Below, piece by piece: positions 1-12,700 of a stretch of DNA of 64,000 bases. This DNA is from Lytechinus pictus (Eukaryota). The notes beneath the pieces are model-generated. The model was not told the DNA's origin. It saw nothing but the letters and a program-made list of their open reading frames with translations, and made no database searches. The position numbers were made by a program, and so were the translations under genes. The stretch's first letter is position 1; every line of letters begins with the position of its first letter. Where the stretch lies: the NCBI RefSeq assembly GCF_037042905.1, contig NC_087245.1, forward strand, positions 28,522,001 through 28,586,000. The letters run 5' to 3'.

Positions 1-1000
1 CCTGATTTCTGGATGCGAACCTTTCGACAGCACAATACCCCCTTACCTGGCAGTGCACGCCGACCCGATTGTTCCCGGCCCCGAGCGAGGGACCGCTCAG
101 CTAGTCAACCCCCACCCACGGGAAACTAGCGAGCCCGCCAATTTTGTCTTATTTGCATATTGCTGACTCGTGGCGTATTTGCATATACCTCAGGCTTATT
201 TGCATATACGAATCACCGGCCGCACCGTACATCGACGCACTGATTGGTGAAACGCCTGACCAATCACACAACGGATCAGTGCCCACCTATTGTTCCCACG
301 TTCGTGTGTACGGTCCTGGGGATTGGTATGAATAGACTACGTTATCAGATAATTTTCGTCACTTGATAAAGAGTTGCAGCGGCACTCGAAAGCTCGTGAA
401 CTTGTAAGCTAGTGAACACTTTTTGTGAGAGTGATCACGAATTTCCTTTTTGACCATAGTAGATTGCGAGACAAATGAATACCCTCTAGCGATTAATAGG
501 GGGATTACTCCCCAGAAACGATAAGGTTGTTGATCAAAGATCTATAAGATATATAAAAGAAAAACATTCTAACAAAAGGGGATAACGTTTTAATAATTTT
601 TTCGGTTCTTTGAATTATCAGTGTACCAAGCACCATTTGTGATAAATTCAGCATTTTTTTTATAGATTAGTTTACAATTCCAATAATCTCAGTGGCCTAA
701 GATATATTTTCTGGGGTTATATTGACCCATTAAGTAAAGACAGAGAGAGAGGACTTATGTGATCAAGAAGTGATAAGATAGAAAAAAAACCTAAACATGT
801 TTGGCTCAATAGTCTTAAAAATAGCTTTGGAAAAAAATAAAATATGTTTGACCCCGCAATTGACCATTGACCAGTCTTTCAAAACCACCCCTTTTTTTTT
901 TGAAAATCAGTGTTTTTGATACCCTAAACGAGTGCATGCGCGGCCCGCATCCAAAACTGAAAAAAACACCCCTTTAAACGCATTTTTCGGTCATGCATGT

Positions 1001-2641
1001 CAGGGACTCGGTTTTATAATTATAAGGGGAGCAATAAAAAGCTCTCCTAGAACTTTTAAGGAGAGCGGTAGAGGAGCACTTCAAAAAGCTCTTCTTCAAC
1101 ATACAAGGGGAGCTTTTTGCCCAATTAACAAAATGGATGGAGGAAATGTACTATAAAATTACAATCAACAACCAAAGGAAGTATTTATAATTGTTTTACA
1201 ATGTATTGTAATTAGATTGTGTGTTGTAAAACCTGTTTTAGTTAGGTTTTGACTTTGGCTAAAAGTTAAGTCACTGACAATTTTTTTTTTTTTCGGGGGC
1301 TCCATTTTAATTTTTTTGTCAAATTTCGGGGGCTCTTTTTAAATGCTACTTTTTTGTATTTTGAGGAATACCTGTTCACTTATTAAGGAATTATTACTTT
1401 TTGTTTAATATTGTATGATTTTTAAAGTTATTTATCATGTTTAGAATCTTGGATGTGGGTGTGTGTGGATGGGTGGGTGTGTGTGGGTGTGTGCGTGTGT
1501 GTGTGACTGTGAGTTGGACTTGGATATAAATGAATTCAATATCTAATTTCCACTCCATTTATTCCAATACAATACCCTAGTCAGCCATGTACATGTAATA
1601 AAGGCCCACTTACCCTAACTTTTCCTGAAGTTCTTTGAAAACGCAGATCTCCATGAAAATTTAATTTCTCTATGGGGGAGTCTAAATTTGGTGAGAATGT
1701 ATTCATTAAGAACTTAAATATACATGACAATGAAGAAATCATCAAACTTTATTGGCAGTTTTGAATAATATTCCTGAAATGTAAACTCTGTCTGAAACAG
1801 AAAATCACCATCATTGAGGCCTTTACTGAGCGAATTGTCCCCCAGAGCTCTGGCAGAGAGACAGAGCTCCAACTGGCTAGCTAGAAAAGCGCCAATGCGT
1901 GAGCCTGCCGCCGTCCTTGTAAAAAAAGATGGAGCTTTGTTTGATGATTTATTGTCTGATATAATACCTCATCCCCTAGAAAAAGAAAACAAATTATTTT
2001 TTAGTTATAATTGATAAATTAGATAACTTATTTTGGAAGTTAATAAGCCGTTTTGAAAAGCAAAGCCGAATGACAACTCACCAATGCTAGGTTACTAGAC
2101 TCTGGGATTTATTTCCTGTGTAATTCGAATTATTTTATCACAGAATTGTGATATCTGTAGCGGAAACATGTGCATTCGAAATGGCACACGGTGGTAGTCA
2201 TAATGGACCCCTATACATGCAACTCTTTCCCGACCGTTGCGTTGATTTTTTTTTTCCATACCTGGTACCATGTGTATGGAAATACGTGGTACAGAAAAAA
2301 TAACGCAACTTCGGAATTTGAAACTGCGCTACTCGCTACTTTTAAGGCTTATTCGTGATTTTGAGTGTGGATTTTGGATGGTTTTTAAATGGTAAGCGGA
2401 GCTCGAGCATATGGCACTAGTGGGCCGTTGAGTTGTTATCACTCGGCAATAATTTCGGGGGCGACATTCAGATTTTATGTCGCCCCCGAAAGCATGATTT
2501 TGGGTGATTTTGAGGGCGACTTTAGGCATTTGCGCGCAGGTCAGCTATCGCGAGGCGCGCTATTAATCGCGCTACCAAAAATGGATTAAGGCGCGCATGT
2601 AGCGCGCGATCGCTCTCGCGCGCCTTAAAATCGAGTCCCTG
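1001..2641. mobile_element. non-autonomous hAT-like DNA transposon nested in a poly-G/poly-C-ended MITE
   Basis: TIRs CAGGGACTCGGTTTTA / TAAAATCGAGTCCCTG; duplicated GCATGT at 995-1000 and 2642-2647. The host element is intact at 58328-58853. Confidence 0.75.
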
Positions 2642-3185
2642 GCATGTGTACAGCAATATATTTGAATGCCCCACCCCCCCCCCCCGTTTTATTGTAGATC
2701 TATTTCAGTATGTCAACAGCTAAATTATTTCACACCCGCTCCTGAAAGAATAATGAATGTTTTTACTTTTCATGAACCATTAAAAAATTGAAATTTATGC
2801 ATTATGTTACATAGCCATATGTGGCAGCTGCTTGTTTATGATGTCATAAATCAAACACTTAAAAGACCCTATACTGTAGACCCTAACTTTCTTTATCTTT
2901 GATGGATTTTCCTCAAATCTTCACCAAAGTTTTTTTTAATAATTTGCTGGTATGTTTACATAAAAATGTTTGTTAGGGTAAACTTCCCCATTAATATAAA
3001 TTATACAGAATGTCAGAAACTGATGACACATCAGAGTGCAGTGCCACTGCCAGTGTGACAATTGGACAAATTTCAAAATGATGCTGTTCCAACATTAATT
3101 TAAGTTTTCACCAGAAGAGATCATATCCTGTTTCATCTAAATTTTGTGATTGTTGAGCAGTCATCAGTAGCTACATGTACATGTA

Positions 3186-3446
3186 TTTTCTTATTAAATG
3201 AAAACTTTTAATATTTAAGGGATTGTAGGCCTAATTTGTACTTTTAGTTAAAGTTCATTTATTTCATTCACCTTAAAAACATGTGTACATAGACAAGAGA
3301 ATTATCAGAAACAATTTTCTTATTAAATGAAAACTTTTTATATTCAAGGGATTGTAGGCCTAATTTGTATTTTTAGTTCAAGTTCATTTATTTCATTCAC
3401 CTTAAAAACATGTGTACATAGACAAGAGAATTATCAGAAACAATTG
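3186..3446. repeat. tandem duplication of ~130 bp
   Basis: TTTTCTTATTAAATGAAAAC...GAATTATCAGAAACAATT occurs twice, head to tail. Confidence 0.9.
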
Positions 3447-3794
3447 AAGGTAAAAAGACAATGAATACAACGACATAAACAGTTTTATTGGAATTGGGAA
3501 TGACAAAAGGAGCTCGAAGACTTATAAACGTCGACCCCTTTGTACATAAGTCAATTTTGATTTTGAATAATTGCATTCCAAAATGGTTGTCCCATTCCAT
3601 AGTTGAGATTTGAGAATTGCGGCATAAATCTAACAACATTAGTTTGATATCATCATTTAATATTCATTCCAGTTTAACTTTTTGGAGCTGCAAGAGGAAT
3701 TATCTCATCAAGTATCAAGATAGTAAACACTGATCTGTTTGCCATTTCCAATTTTAAAAAGTCAAGAAAATACCTTCTTGCTTCCTTTTTACAG

Positions 3795-6700
3795 ATGAAA
3801 GTTTCAGCAGGATTTCCTACCATTGATGGTTATTCTTCGGATGCAGACATAGACACCAGGGCATTGGTTAAACAACAGAACAGGAAAAAGAAAAAGTCTG
3901 GAGGTTTCCAATCTATGGGTAAGACTGTAACAACACATAACACTGACAGATTCAAATCAGTATTTCAGAAGCAGATTTTTCTGTTTCAATGTCAAGTCTA
4001 CCCCGTACAAAAAGTTGATTTGAATAAAAAGAGAAAAAAAATCAACAGGCATAATTATTAGCCCTATGTATCAGGTATCTAAATATTTTCGAGCTCTACA
4101 GAGTGGATATAAACACTTGATAAGTTGTATTACTTAGTGACAGAATGTTAACTGTCTTTTAAAATCCTATTTAATTACTCTTTTTTATTCACTTCTCTTC
4201 ATTCCAATAGGTCTTAGCCATGCGGTTTTTAAAGGTATCATGAAGAAAGGATATAAAATCCCTACACCTATACAACGAAAAGTAAGTATTTCACTGAGTC
4301 TTTACAATACTCTCATCAGCGACCCCAAAAATATCTTACTGACACTCTGAACTTATGTCTCTATTCCTAGTCTTAAATGGATCATCATAGACAGATTGTC
4401 ATTTGCAAATGTATTTTCAGCTGCTAAAACTGATTCACATTTGCTGCATCAGATATCTATGGTGTGTGGCATCTCATTTATCATCAAAGAAGATTAAGAC
4501 ATTGGTTAACATTAAAAAAATGTGTTGTTTAGAAACATCCCGAAATTTGCTGTCTGTTTTATTTCATATCATTCATATCGAAGAAAAAAAAATACCTAAG
4601 AAGAAAAAAAAAATTATTGCAGACCCTTTCAAGAGATACACTGTAGATCTGTAACTGAACTATAATCTTTTGATTATTATACTGGAGAGTCTAATTTTAA
4701 CAAATGTAGTATATGAAATAAAATTGGGATGATGTTACTAGTCACTTTATCTTTAAACATAAAAAAATTATTTTCAGATGCAATTTTGTAAGGGTTTCAT
4801 TTTTACGACACATTCCAGAAACAGGTTACAAATGTGATCTTACAGATCAAATGTTGTAGAGGCAAATCAATGTTAACCATTGCTTTTAAGTGTACTGTCA
4901 TTGCCTTTAATCAAGTCTTCAAATACTGCTTTCCCAAGCAATCTAAATCATGTGAACATCTTGCAATTCTTCATTCATCTGTATGTTATAAAAGTGCCAT
5001 TAATAAAAGCAAGAAGGGAGTCTGATGTCCAGATGCTTTATAGAAAATTATTAATTTTTCAGCTGGGTTTTATCAACGCACATGCATCAAATAATTCTGA
5101 AAGCTTATGCATTTTGATATTGTCTCACATAAAATATCTATTGCAAAGTTCTTGATATTTCGGTCTTGTCCACACAAACAACTATGTCTGGATGTGCAAC
5201 AACTGGATATACATCAAGTTTTGTAGTGCTAGTGAATGTATACTTTGACTCTTGTGTTCCAGTGCATACCGATTATCATGGAAGGACAAGATGTTGTGGG
5301 AATGGCACGAACAGGGAGTGGTAAGACAGCAGCCTTTCTCCTTCCCATGCTGGAGCGGCTCCAGAGACGATCAGCCCAGTCTGGTGCTAGAGCCCTGATC
5401 CTGTCACCCACCAGGGAGCTGGCTCTTCAAACACTGAAATTCACCAAGGAGGTAAGCATTTCATGAAAACCTGCATTTAGTGAAGATTGATTTGTCGAAT
5501 TTGTGGGCCATCAATGAAGTTGCTTTCTTTTCCCTACAGATGATTTTTTTTTTATTTTATCAAGTTTTCTTTGAGATCAATGTCTGTTGCTTTACGAAAT
5601 GGATTATTTTATCTCCTATTAACAAAGACATGTCCTATTGGGGAGAAAAGGAAAGACCAAATTATGATTATTTGAAATATAAAGAACTTAATACATGTAG
5701 GTCATTGAAAATCCTTTTTAATTGCTTGAATTTTACCCTAAAATCTGATAGCTATGGCTATGTCATATATATCTACCGTAAGTAACGGTGTATTAACCGC
5801 ACCCGTGTATTAACCGCACCCCCCATTTTCGGATGGAAAAAAAAATCATTAAAAAAAAAAAAAAAATCAAAAAAAAAAAAATGTAATCAAACTTACTTTC
5901 TATCTCTAATATGCGTATTTAAGAAAGAGTCAAGAACCAAAAAATATCGAAGAATTACTGGTAAAAAATGATGGGAAATCAGCGCTTCGTCACTTATCTG
6001 CAAGTTGCCGATATTATTGGCCACTTCCACACTTCGAGTCACCTCACACACACACATATGGTACCGGTGTTCATTGCAAGTACCAATACCAGCATCAACA
6101 TGGGGGCTCACCCATACGAGAAGATCGTTCATATCATATTTCCTGCATCACAGCCCCACTTTTGCTTTCAGAATTCTGTCTAGCATTCAATGTCTTGACA
6201 TGAATTTTAGACAAGGGAATACGGGAAGGTTCAAGATACGAGAAATTTGCGATTTTGTTCAGGTGTTTTTCTTGTCTGCTTTGAACCACTACCAGTAGTT
6301 CTCAGTACGTGTGTGGCGGTATCTTACAGACAGCAAAATAGGAAAAAAAATGCTAGTACCGGTATACCGTATTTTCAATGGGAGCTCTGGGCGGGAATAA
6401 AGTGAATAATAATTAAAAATAAAAAGTCGGAAGGAGTGAAGATGGGGATTGAAGATTGATTTTGAGATGATGGATGATAGAGAGAAATGAAGGAAAGGCA
6501 AATGAAAGAAATTAATTGTCAAATAATACCAATAATTTGTCAAACAAAATAACTTCCACGGAAAGGTAAAGCGCCAGCTTACGTTGACGTTGCGATAAAC
6601 ATTACACATGCATGTCTTATTCGGCTAGCTGCACCGCGCTGTGCGATCGATTGGCGTCTGAACTTTGCCGCGATGACTAAAAAATGACAACAAAGACAGA

Positions 6701-9700
6701 GTCACACCATTAAAAAAAGTCAGTTTCATGAAGGTAGGTGCGTTTGTTACCGTGATATAACTTTGAGGGACATTTACGGCAAATACCGGTAGTCATAGTT
6801 GCTTCCCTTTTATACCCGCGGCTCATACCCCTCTAAACGGGATTGCCCCAAGCGGCTACGCTCGGCCACCCGACCCGAGTTGAAAACTGGTAGTGGTATC
6901 GGGCTGAGATTGGCTTGGCTCAGACCTGTCACCGTGTATAAACCGCACCCCCGACTTTTGATTCTGTCCCGCCGAGAAAAAGGTGCGGTTAATACACCGT
7001 TACTTACGGTACTCCTAATACCTTTCTCTCAAGAAGTTCCAAGCAATTGTAACAAAGGAATGTGTTCCTTTTCTGTTAATCATTATTGTTGTAGATGTGT
7101 GTGAACACACATGTATTGACATAAAATAAATAATTTTTTATTTCAACTATAAATTCAACATCATATTGATTTTGTTAAAATCATTATCTCCTATTAACAG
7201 AGACAGGTCCTATCACGGAGGAAAGGAAAGACCAAATTATGATTATTTTGAATATAAAGAACTTAATAGGTCATTGAAAATCCTTTTTAATTGCTTGAAT
7301 TTTGCCTAAAATCTGATAGCTATGTCATATATATCTAATCCTAATACCTTTCTCTCAAGAAGTTCTAGAGCAATTGTAACAAAGGAATATGTGTTCCTTT
7401 TCTGTTAATCATTATGGTTGTAGATGTGTGTGAATGATTAAGATCGGTATACATGTATTGACATAAAATAAATCATTTTTTTATTTCAACTATAAATTCA
7501 ACATCATATTGATTTTGTTAAAATCATTATCTCCTATTAACAGAGACAGGTCCTATCGCGGAGGAAAGGAAAGACCAAATTATGATTATTTTGAATATAA
7601 AGAACTTGATAGGTCATTAAAAATCCTTTTTAATTGCTTGAATTTTGCCTAAAATCTGATAGCTATGTCATATATATCTAATCCTAATACCTTTCTCTCA
7701 AGAAGTTCTAGAGCAATTGTAGCAAAGGAATATGTGTTCCTTATCTGTTAATCATTATGGTTGTAGATGTGTGTGAATGATTAAGATCAGTATATTGACA
7801 TAAAAATAAATAATTTTTATTTCAACTATAAAGCCAACATCATATAGAATTTTATAAATTTTTCATCACAATACAGTGTATGTTGTTCAAAGGTTGAAAT
7901 CTAATCAGGTGTGGTAATTCATTCATTCAAACAGCTATCTCGTTACATGGATCTGAGGTCAGAGGTCATCCTTGGAGGTGACCGGATGGATGACCAGTTT
8001 GCTGCCCTTCATGAGAACCCTGACATCCTGATCGCTACCCCTGGTCGTCTTCTTCACGTCCTGGTTGAGATGGACCTCAAGCTCATGCAAGTGGAGTATG
8101 TGGTCTTTGATGAGGCTGACAGGTAAAAGTTTTTTAATCTTTTGATTACTGAATTGTAAGTAAAACTTCCATGTGCTTTATAAAGGAACCATTCAGCTCC
8201 ATTAGGCTAGTGTGCATGTGCTAGAAGTGAGAGAAAACAAAATATGAAGCCTTAGAGGTAAATTGAATGAAGAAAAAAGGATGGATAAAAGAGGAAACTG
8301 AGAAAGAATCAAGCTGCTTACTAGAGAAGTCCATATTAGGCCTAGTCAGTATAAATGCTGGCTGGACATGCAGTGACAATGGATGTATGTATAATTGATA
8401 TTCTTGAGGTTGGCTGTAATCCATACAAGTCTATGACTTTCTGAAGAACAAAAAAGTAGTTCATGAAGTTATCAGCTTAAGTTTGAAAGTTGTGGTCTAG
8501 TTATCCTGACTCTTGCCTTTTAAATAGAAGGTCAAGTCCCAGCAATGGTTTGATTTCCTTCAGCAAGAAATTGATCCACACACTGCTGCCTGGTAGGATC
8601 AATTCTTTGAATGCACCAAGCATCTTTGGAAGCTGGGGTTAATATATAGTGCGTCCCAGAAAAAACGAAACCGAGATTTAGCGATGATTTATCATAACTT
8701 AATCCCAAATACAATAGACAAATGACCTATCAATGTAAAGCTTGGAATCTTCTCTTTCATCTGATATTACTTAGATTATTTCTCCTTCACGCATGAGTGA
8801 GCAAAAATGATTTGAAGAGGGGATACCAAAAAGTCATTTGGCGGGTTGTATCTGGCTTTCAAAATGAAAACCACATTTTTAAAAAGTTCAATATCTGCTC
8901 TTTAATTTGATACCTCAATTACAGAAAATGGTCAAGAAATAACATAGTTCTGGTTATTTGAAATAAGGCTTGAATTTCAATAATTTCATAAAATGAAGAG
9001 GTTTTACAGGCTAGCGTTCAAACTCACTCGACACTCCGTTTTGTTTACGATCAGCCATGCATTAAGTCTTTTGTTAACCATGCGATAGCTTCTGTGGGAA
9101 ACCAGTGAAAACAGTTTATTTAATGAAATTATGGAAATTCAAGCCTTATTTCAAATAACCAGAACTTTGTTATTTCTTGACCATTTTCTGTGATTGAGGT
9201 ATCAAATTAAAGAGCAGATATTGAACTTGTAAGACATGTGGTTTTCTTTTTGAAATTCAGATACCCCCCGCCAAATGAGTTTTTGGTATCCTTTCTTCAA
9301 ATTGTTTTTGCTCACTCATGCGTGAATGAGGAATCATCTAAGTAATATCACATGAAAGAGGAGATTCTAAGCTTTACATTGGTAGGTCATTTGTCTATTG
9401 TATTTGGGATTAAGTTATGATAAATCATCGCTAAATCTCCGATTCGTTTTTTCTGGGACGCACTGTATAGTGCACCATTGAATAGGCAACTAGAGAATTG
9501 GTGCCTCATAAATACTAAATGTTTTTATTATTACATTCAATATGTTCTAGCTGTATGGTTTTCTTTTCACCTCACTGCAGTATTATTTTATCTCATTTTA
9601 TCCAGGTTATTTGAAATGGGTTTTGCTGAGCAGTTGAATGAGATCTTATCCAGGTTACCAGACAATCGTCAGACCTTACTCTTCTCAGCCACCCTGCCGA

Positions 9701-12700
9701 AGAGTCTGGTAGAGTTTGCCAGTGCAGGTCTGAGTGAACCAGTGTTGGTCAGACTAGATGTAGAATCGAAGATTAGTGATCAGTTAAAGGTGTGTGTGTG
9801 TGTGTCTCTCTCTTTTTTTTGGAATGGGGGGGGGGGGGTAGTGCATGTCAGTATATATAGTAAGATGTTTTATGTTTTTGAAAGGAAGACATTGTTCCTC
9901 AGATGAATTAGATCCAACTTTATACTTGTAATCTCGTTGTTTTTTCTGTTTTTTCTGTTCTTTATCATATTACTCCAAATATATTGCAGAAATCTACATA
10001 TAAAACTACAAAACCAAATTAATTGTATATTGCATCTTTTGTGCTGAAGTTTCATTTCCAGGCAGTCATATGATTGTTTACTAGTGGCTTGAATGATTGC
10101 ATTCAGACTTAATGAATGCTTCCAATTGTCTATTGTCATCATTGGTTCCCTTATTCCTAGAACTTTCTGTGTCTCCTTTCTTTCATTTTGGCTTGAGCAT
10201 TCTGCAAAGAGGATTTAGTTCAGTATGTAAATCATATGTATTACTACCATTAAGGGAAAATGATTCTCTTCTCTCTCTCTCAACAGAATATGTTTCTATA
10301 CACACGGAATAATGACAAGACAGCCGTGTTGTTGCACCTTTTACGTTCTGTCATCCAGCCCAATCAGTTGACAGTTGTCTTCTTGGCTACAAGGCATCAT
10401 GTTGAATATGTCAGGGAGGTAAAGTCATAAAAGCTAATCTTTAATTTGGTAAATCCCCCAAATTGTATGTCACAGTTACTATTCTAATTGATTACTAGAA
10501 TTTATGAATGTGTGTGCCATCAAAATTCTAATGATATGAAGGATATAAAATAAAATTGTGTTAATTTTACAGACTTAACACCCAAATTTATTTGACTCAT
10601 TGCCGAATCGAAATAAAGTATCTGCATATTTTAGCCTTGTTACATGTTTAACCCCTTCTCAAGCATTGATTGGTTGATATTTCATGGTATAATCCTTGTC
10701 TATAGCTTTCTAAATATCCAATTACTATTAAAGTTTGTTAAGCAAGGGCTATTTATTCTGAAAATAAAAACATTCCAGAGCGGTCGTTTGGAGGTGAAAC
10801 AAGCTATCTTTTACATAAACCATTTAACCTTCTTAATTAAGACTTTTGAATCATCGCTGTCAGATGGTAAAATGGTCTATCTTCAAGTTAGACAAGTTTA
10901 CCGCCACTTCACACGGCTGTCAGATGGTAAAACGGTCTATCTCGAGAATAGCTAAAGAATGTTGTGCATTGGGATAAGATGGTAAAATTGTCTATCTAGA
11001 AGATAGACCATTTTACCATCTTTTGATGTGTAGTATGAGTGTATACATGTGCTGTGGTTAAACAGTCTATCTACACAAAAATCTCATTTATTTCATAATT
11101 AAAACCCCAAATAAGCTAAATATTCTTCAGTTGTTAGTGTTTATTGTGCTTTTTCTTTTCCCATTGCTAAAAATGCATTATTTCTGTCTCATAAAAAGGC
11201 TCAAATCTCTAAACTTTAAATTCATTTTTCTCAGAACAGCGAGTTTCGAGACAGACTGTTTACCATCTGACTGCCAAGAGAGAGGGAGCTAGATGCCAAA
11301 TTTGAATTCTGGTGGCTGAAAAAATGTCATGTACATGTATATCCTCTATTCACATCTTTGCTATACAGTTACCTGTACCGCCTCTGCATCAGGCCTGCTC
11401 TGCATTGCAATATTTTTTGACAAAGTACAATTTATGAATGCAAGTAGTTATACCTCTTTATCTGTCTTTCAATCTGATAGTTGCTAGATCAGGCAGGCAT
11501 CAGCTGCACCTACATATACAGTGCCCTGGACCAGGCTGCAAGGAAGATCAATGTTGCCAAGTTCACCCACAAGAAGACTCATATCCTCCTTGTAACAGAC
11601 ATTGCTGCCCGAGGTATTGACATCCCTATGCTAGACGTTGTCATCAACTTCCACTTCCCAGGCAAACCAAAGCTCTTTGTACATAGAGTCGGTAAGTATA
11701 AAATGCACTTGAAGTACAAGGGGAACAATATGGACCTTTGTCCAAAGCTTTTGACATCATCTTGGAAACCGGCAAAGGGATCCTGCAGATCTTGGTCCAA
11801 ACCTGTCAACATTCTTTTAAACCTGTTGACATTGTTATCTTCCATATAATGTCACATGGCCAGAACAGGAAAGACTGGTAGAGCCTACTTTCTGGTTGCT
11901 CTTGATGAATGCCTCTATCTCATCTTCAAATGTCAAAGGCAGTCCTATAGACCTTTGCCCAAACCTGTTGATATTCTTATCCTCCTTAGGTCGTGTGGCC
12001 AGAGCAGGAAGGACTGGTACAGCCTACTCTCTTGTAGCTCCTGATGAAGTCCCATACCTCATAGACCTTCATCTGTTCCTGGGCAAGGATATTGCACTCT
12101 TCAAGAAGGACGATAAGATTTCTGAAGAAGGTACTTTCAAATTTTGAAGTCAAGTATCACGCTCCTGTTAATAGGTTAAAGGTTGTTTCTGCCGAAACAT
12201 TGACAATAAACAATGCATACTTATATTGATTACTCACCCCCCCCCCCCCCAAAAAAAAGAGAACTGATTAATTATTCCTTCTAATAATGAAAATATTTCT
12301 GAATATCATGCTTAAAATATCAAGAAATTTCTGTTTTAGTTGTCATTTCATTTCATTAAAATTGATTAATAGATAAGTGTGGAATTCTTGCTTCAGAGAC
12401 TACTCTAAACATCCAGAAGATTGTGTTTTAGTTAAAAAAATGCATTTTAGCGGCGCAAATGTGCCCTCACCGAGTCATATTTAACCTATAAGCAGTGATG
12501 CCACTTGTTCTTTTTTGGCAGATTTTATACTGTTTAATTAAAATAATAATAATAATAATAATTAGACTTATATCTCCCCAAATCCACTCTGTAGAGTGCT
12601 CAAGGCGCTTTTTAGGAAATTATAAAAGAAATTAAGAAGATTTGAAGAGAAATGTTTTGAAGTAATGTTTGAAAGTTTCAGAGGTCAAGCACTGTTTGAT

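Noticed and set aside
35..56. CTTACCTGGCAG resembling the U1 snRNA 5' end
   Set aside because: The downstream sequence does not follow U1; more likely chance or a minus-strand donor motif.
3009..3080. Short ATG-initiated frame after CAG as a possible DDX54 first exon
   Set aside because: It ends in a stop, has no convincing donor and shows no similarity to DDX54.
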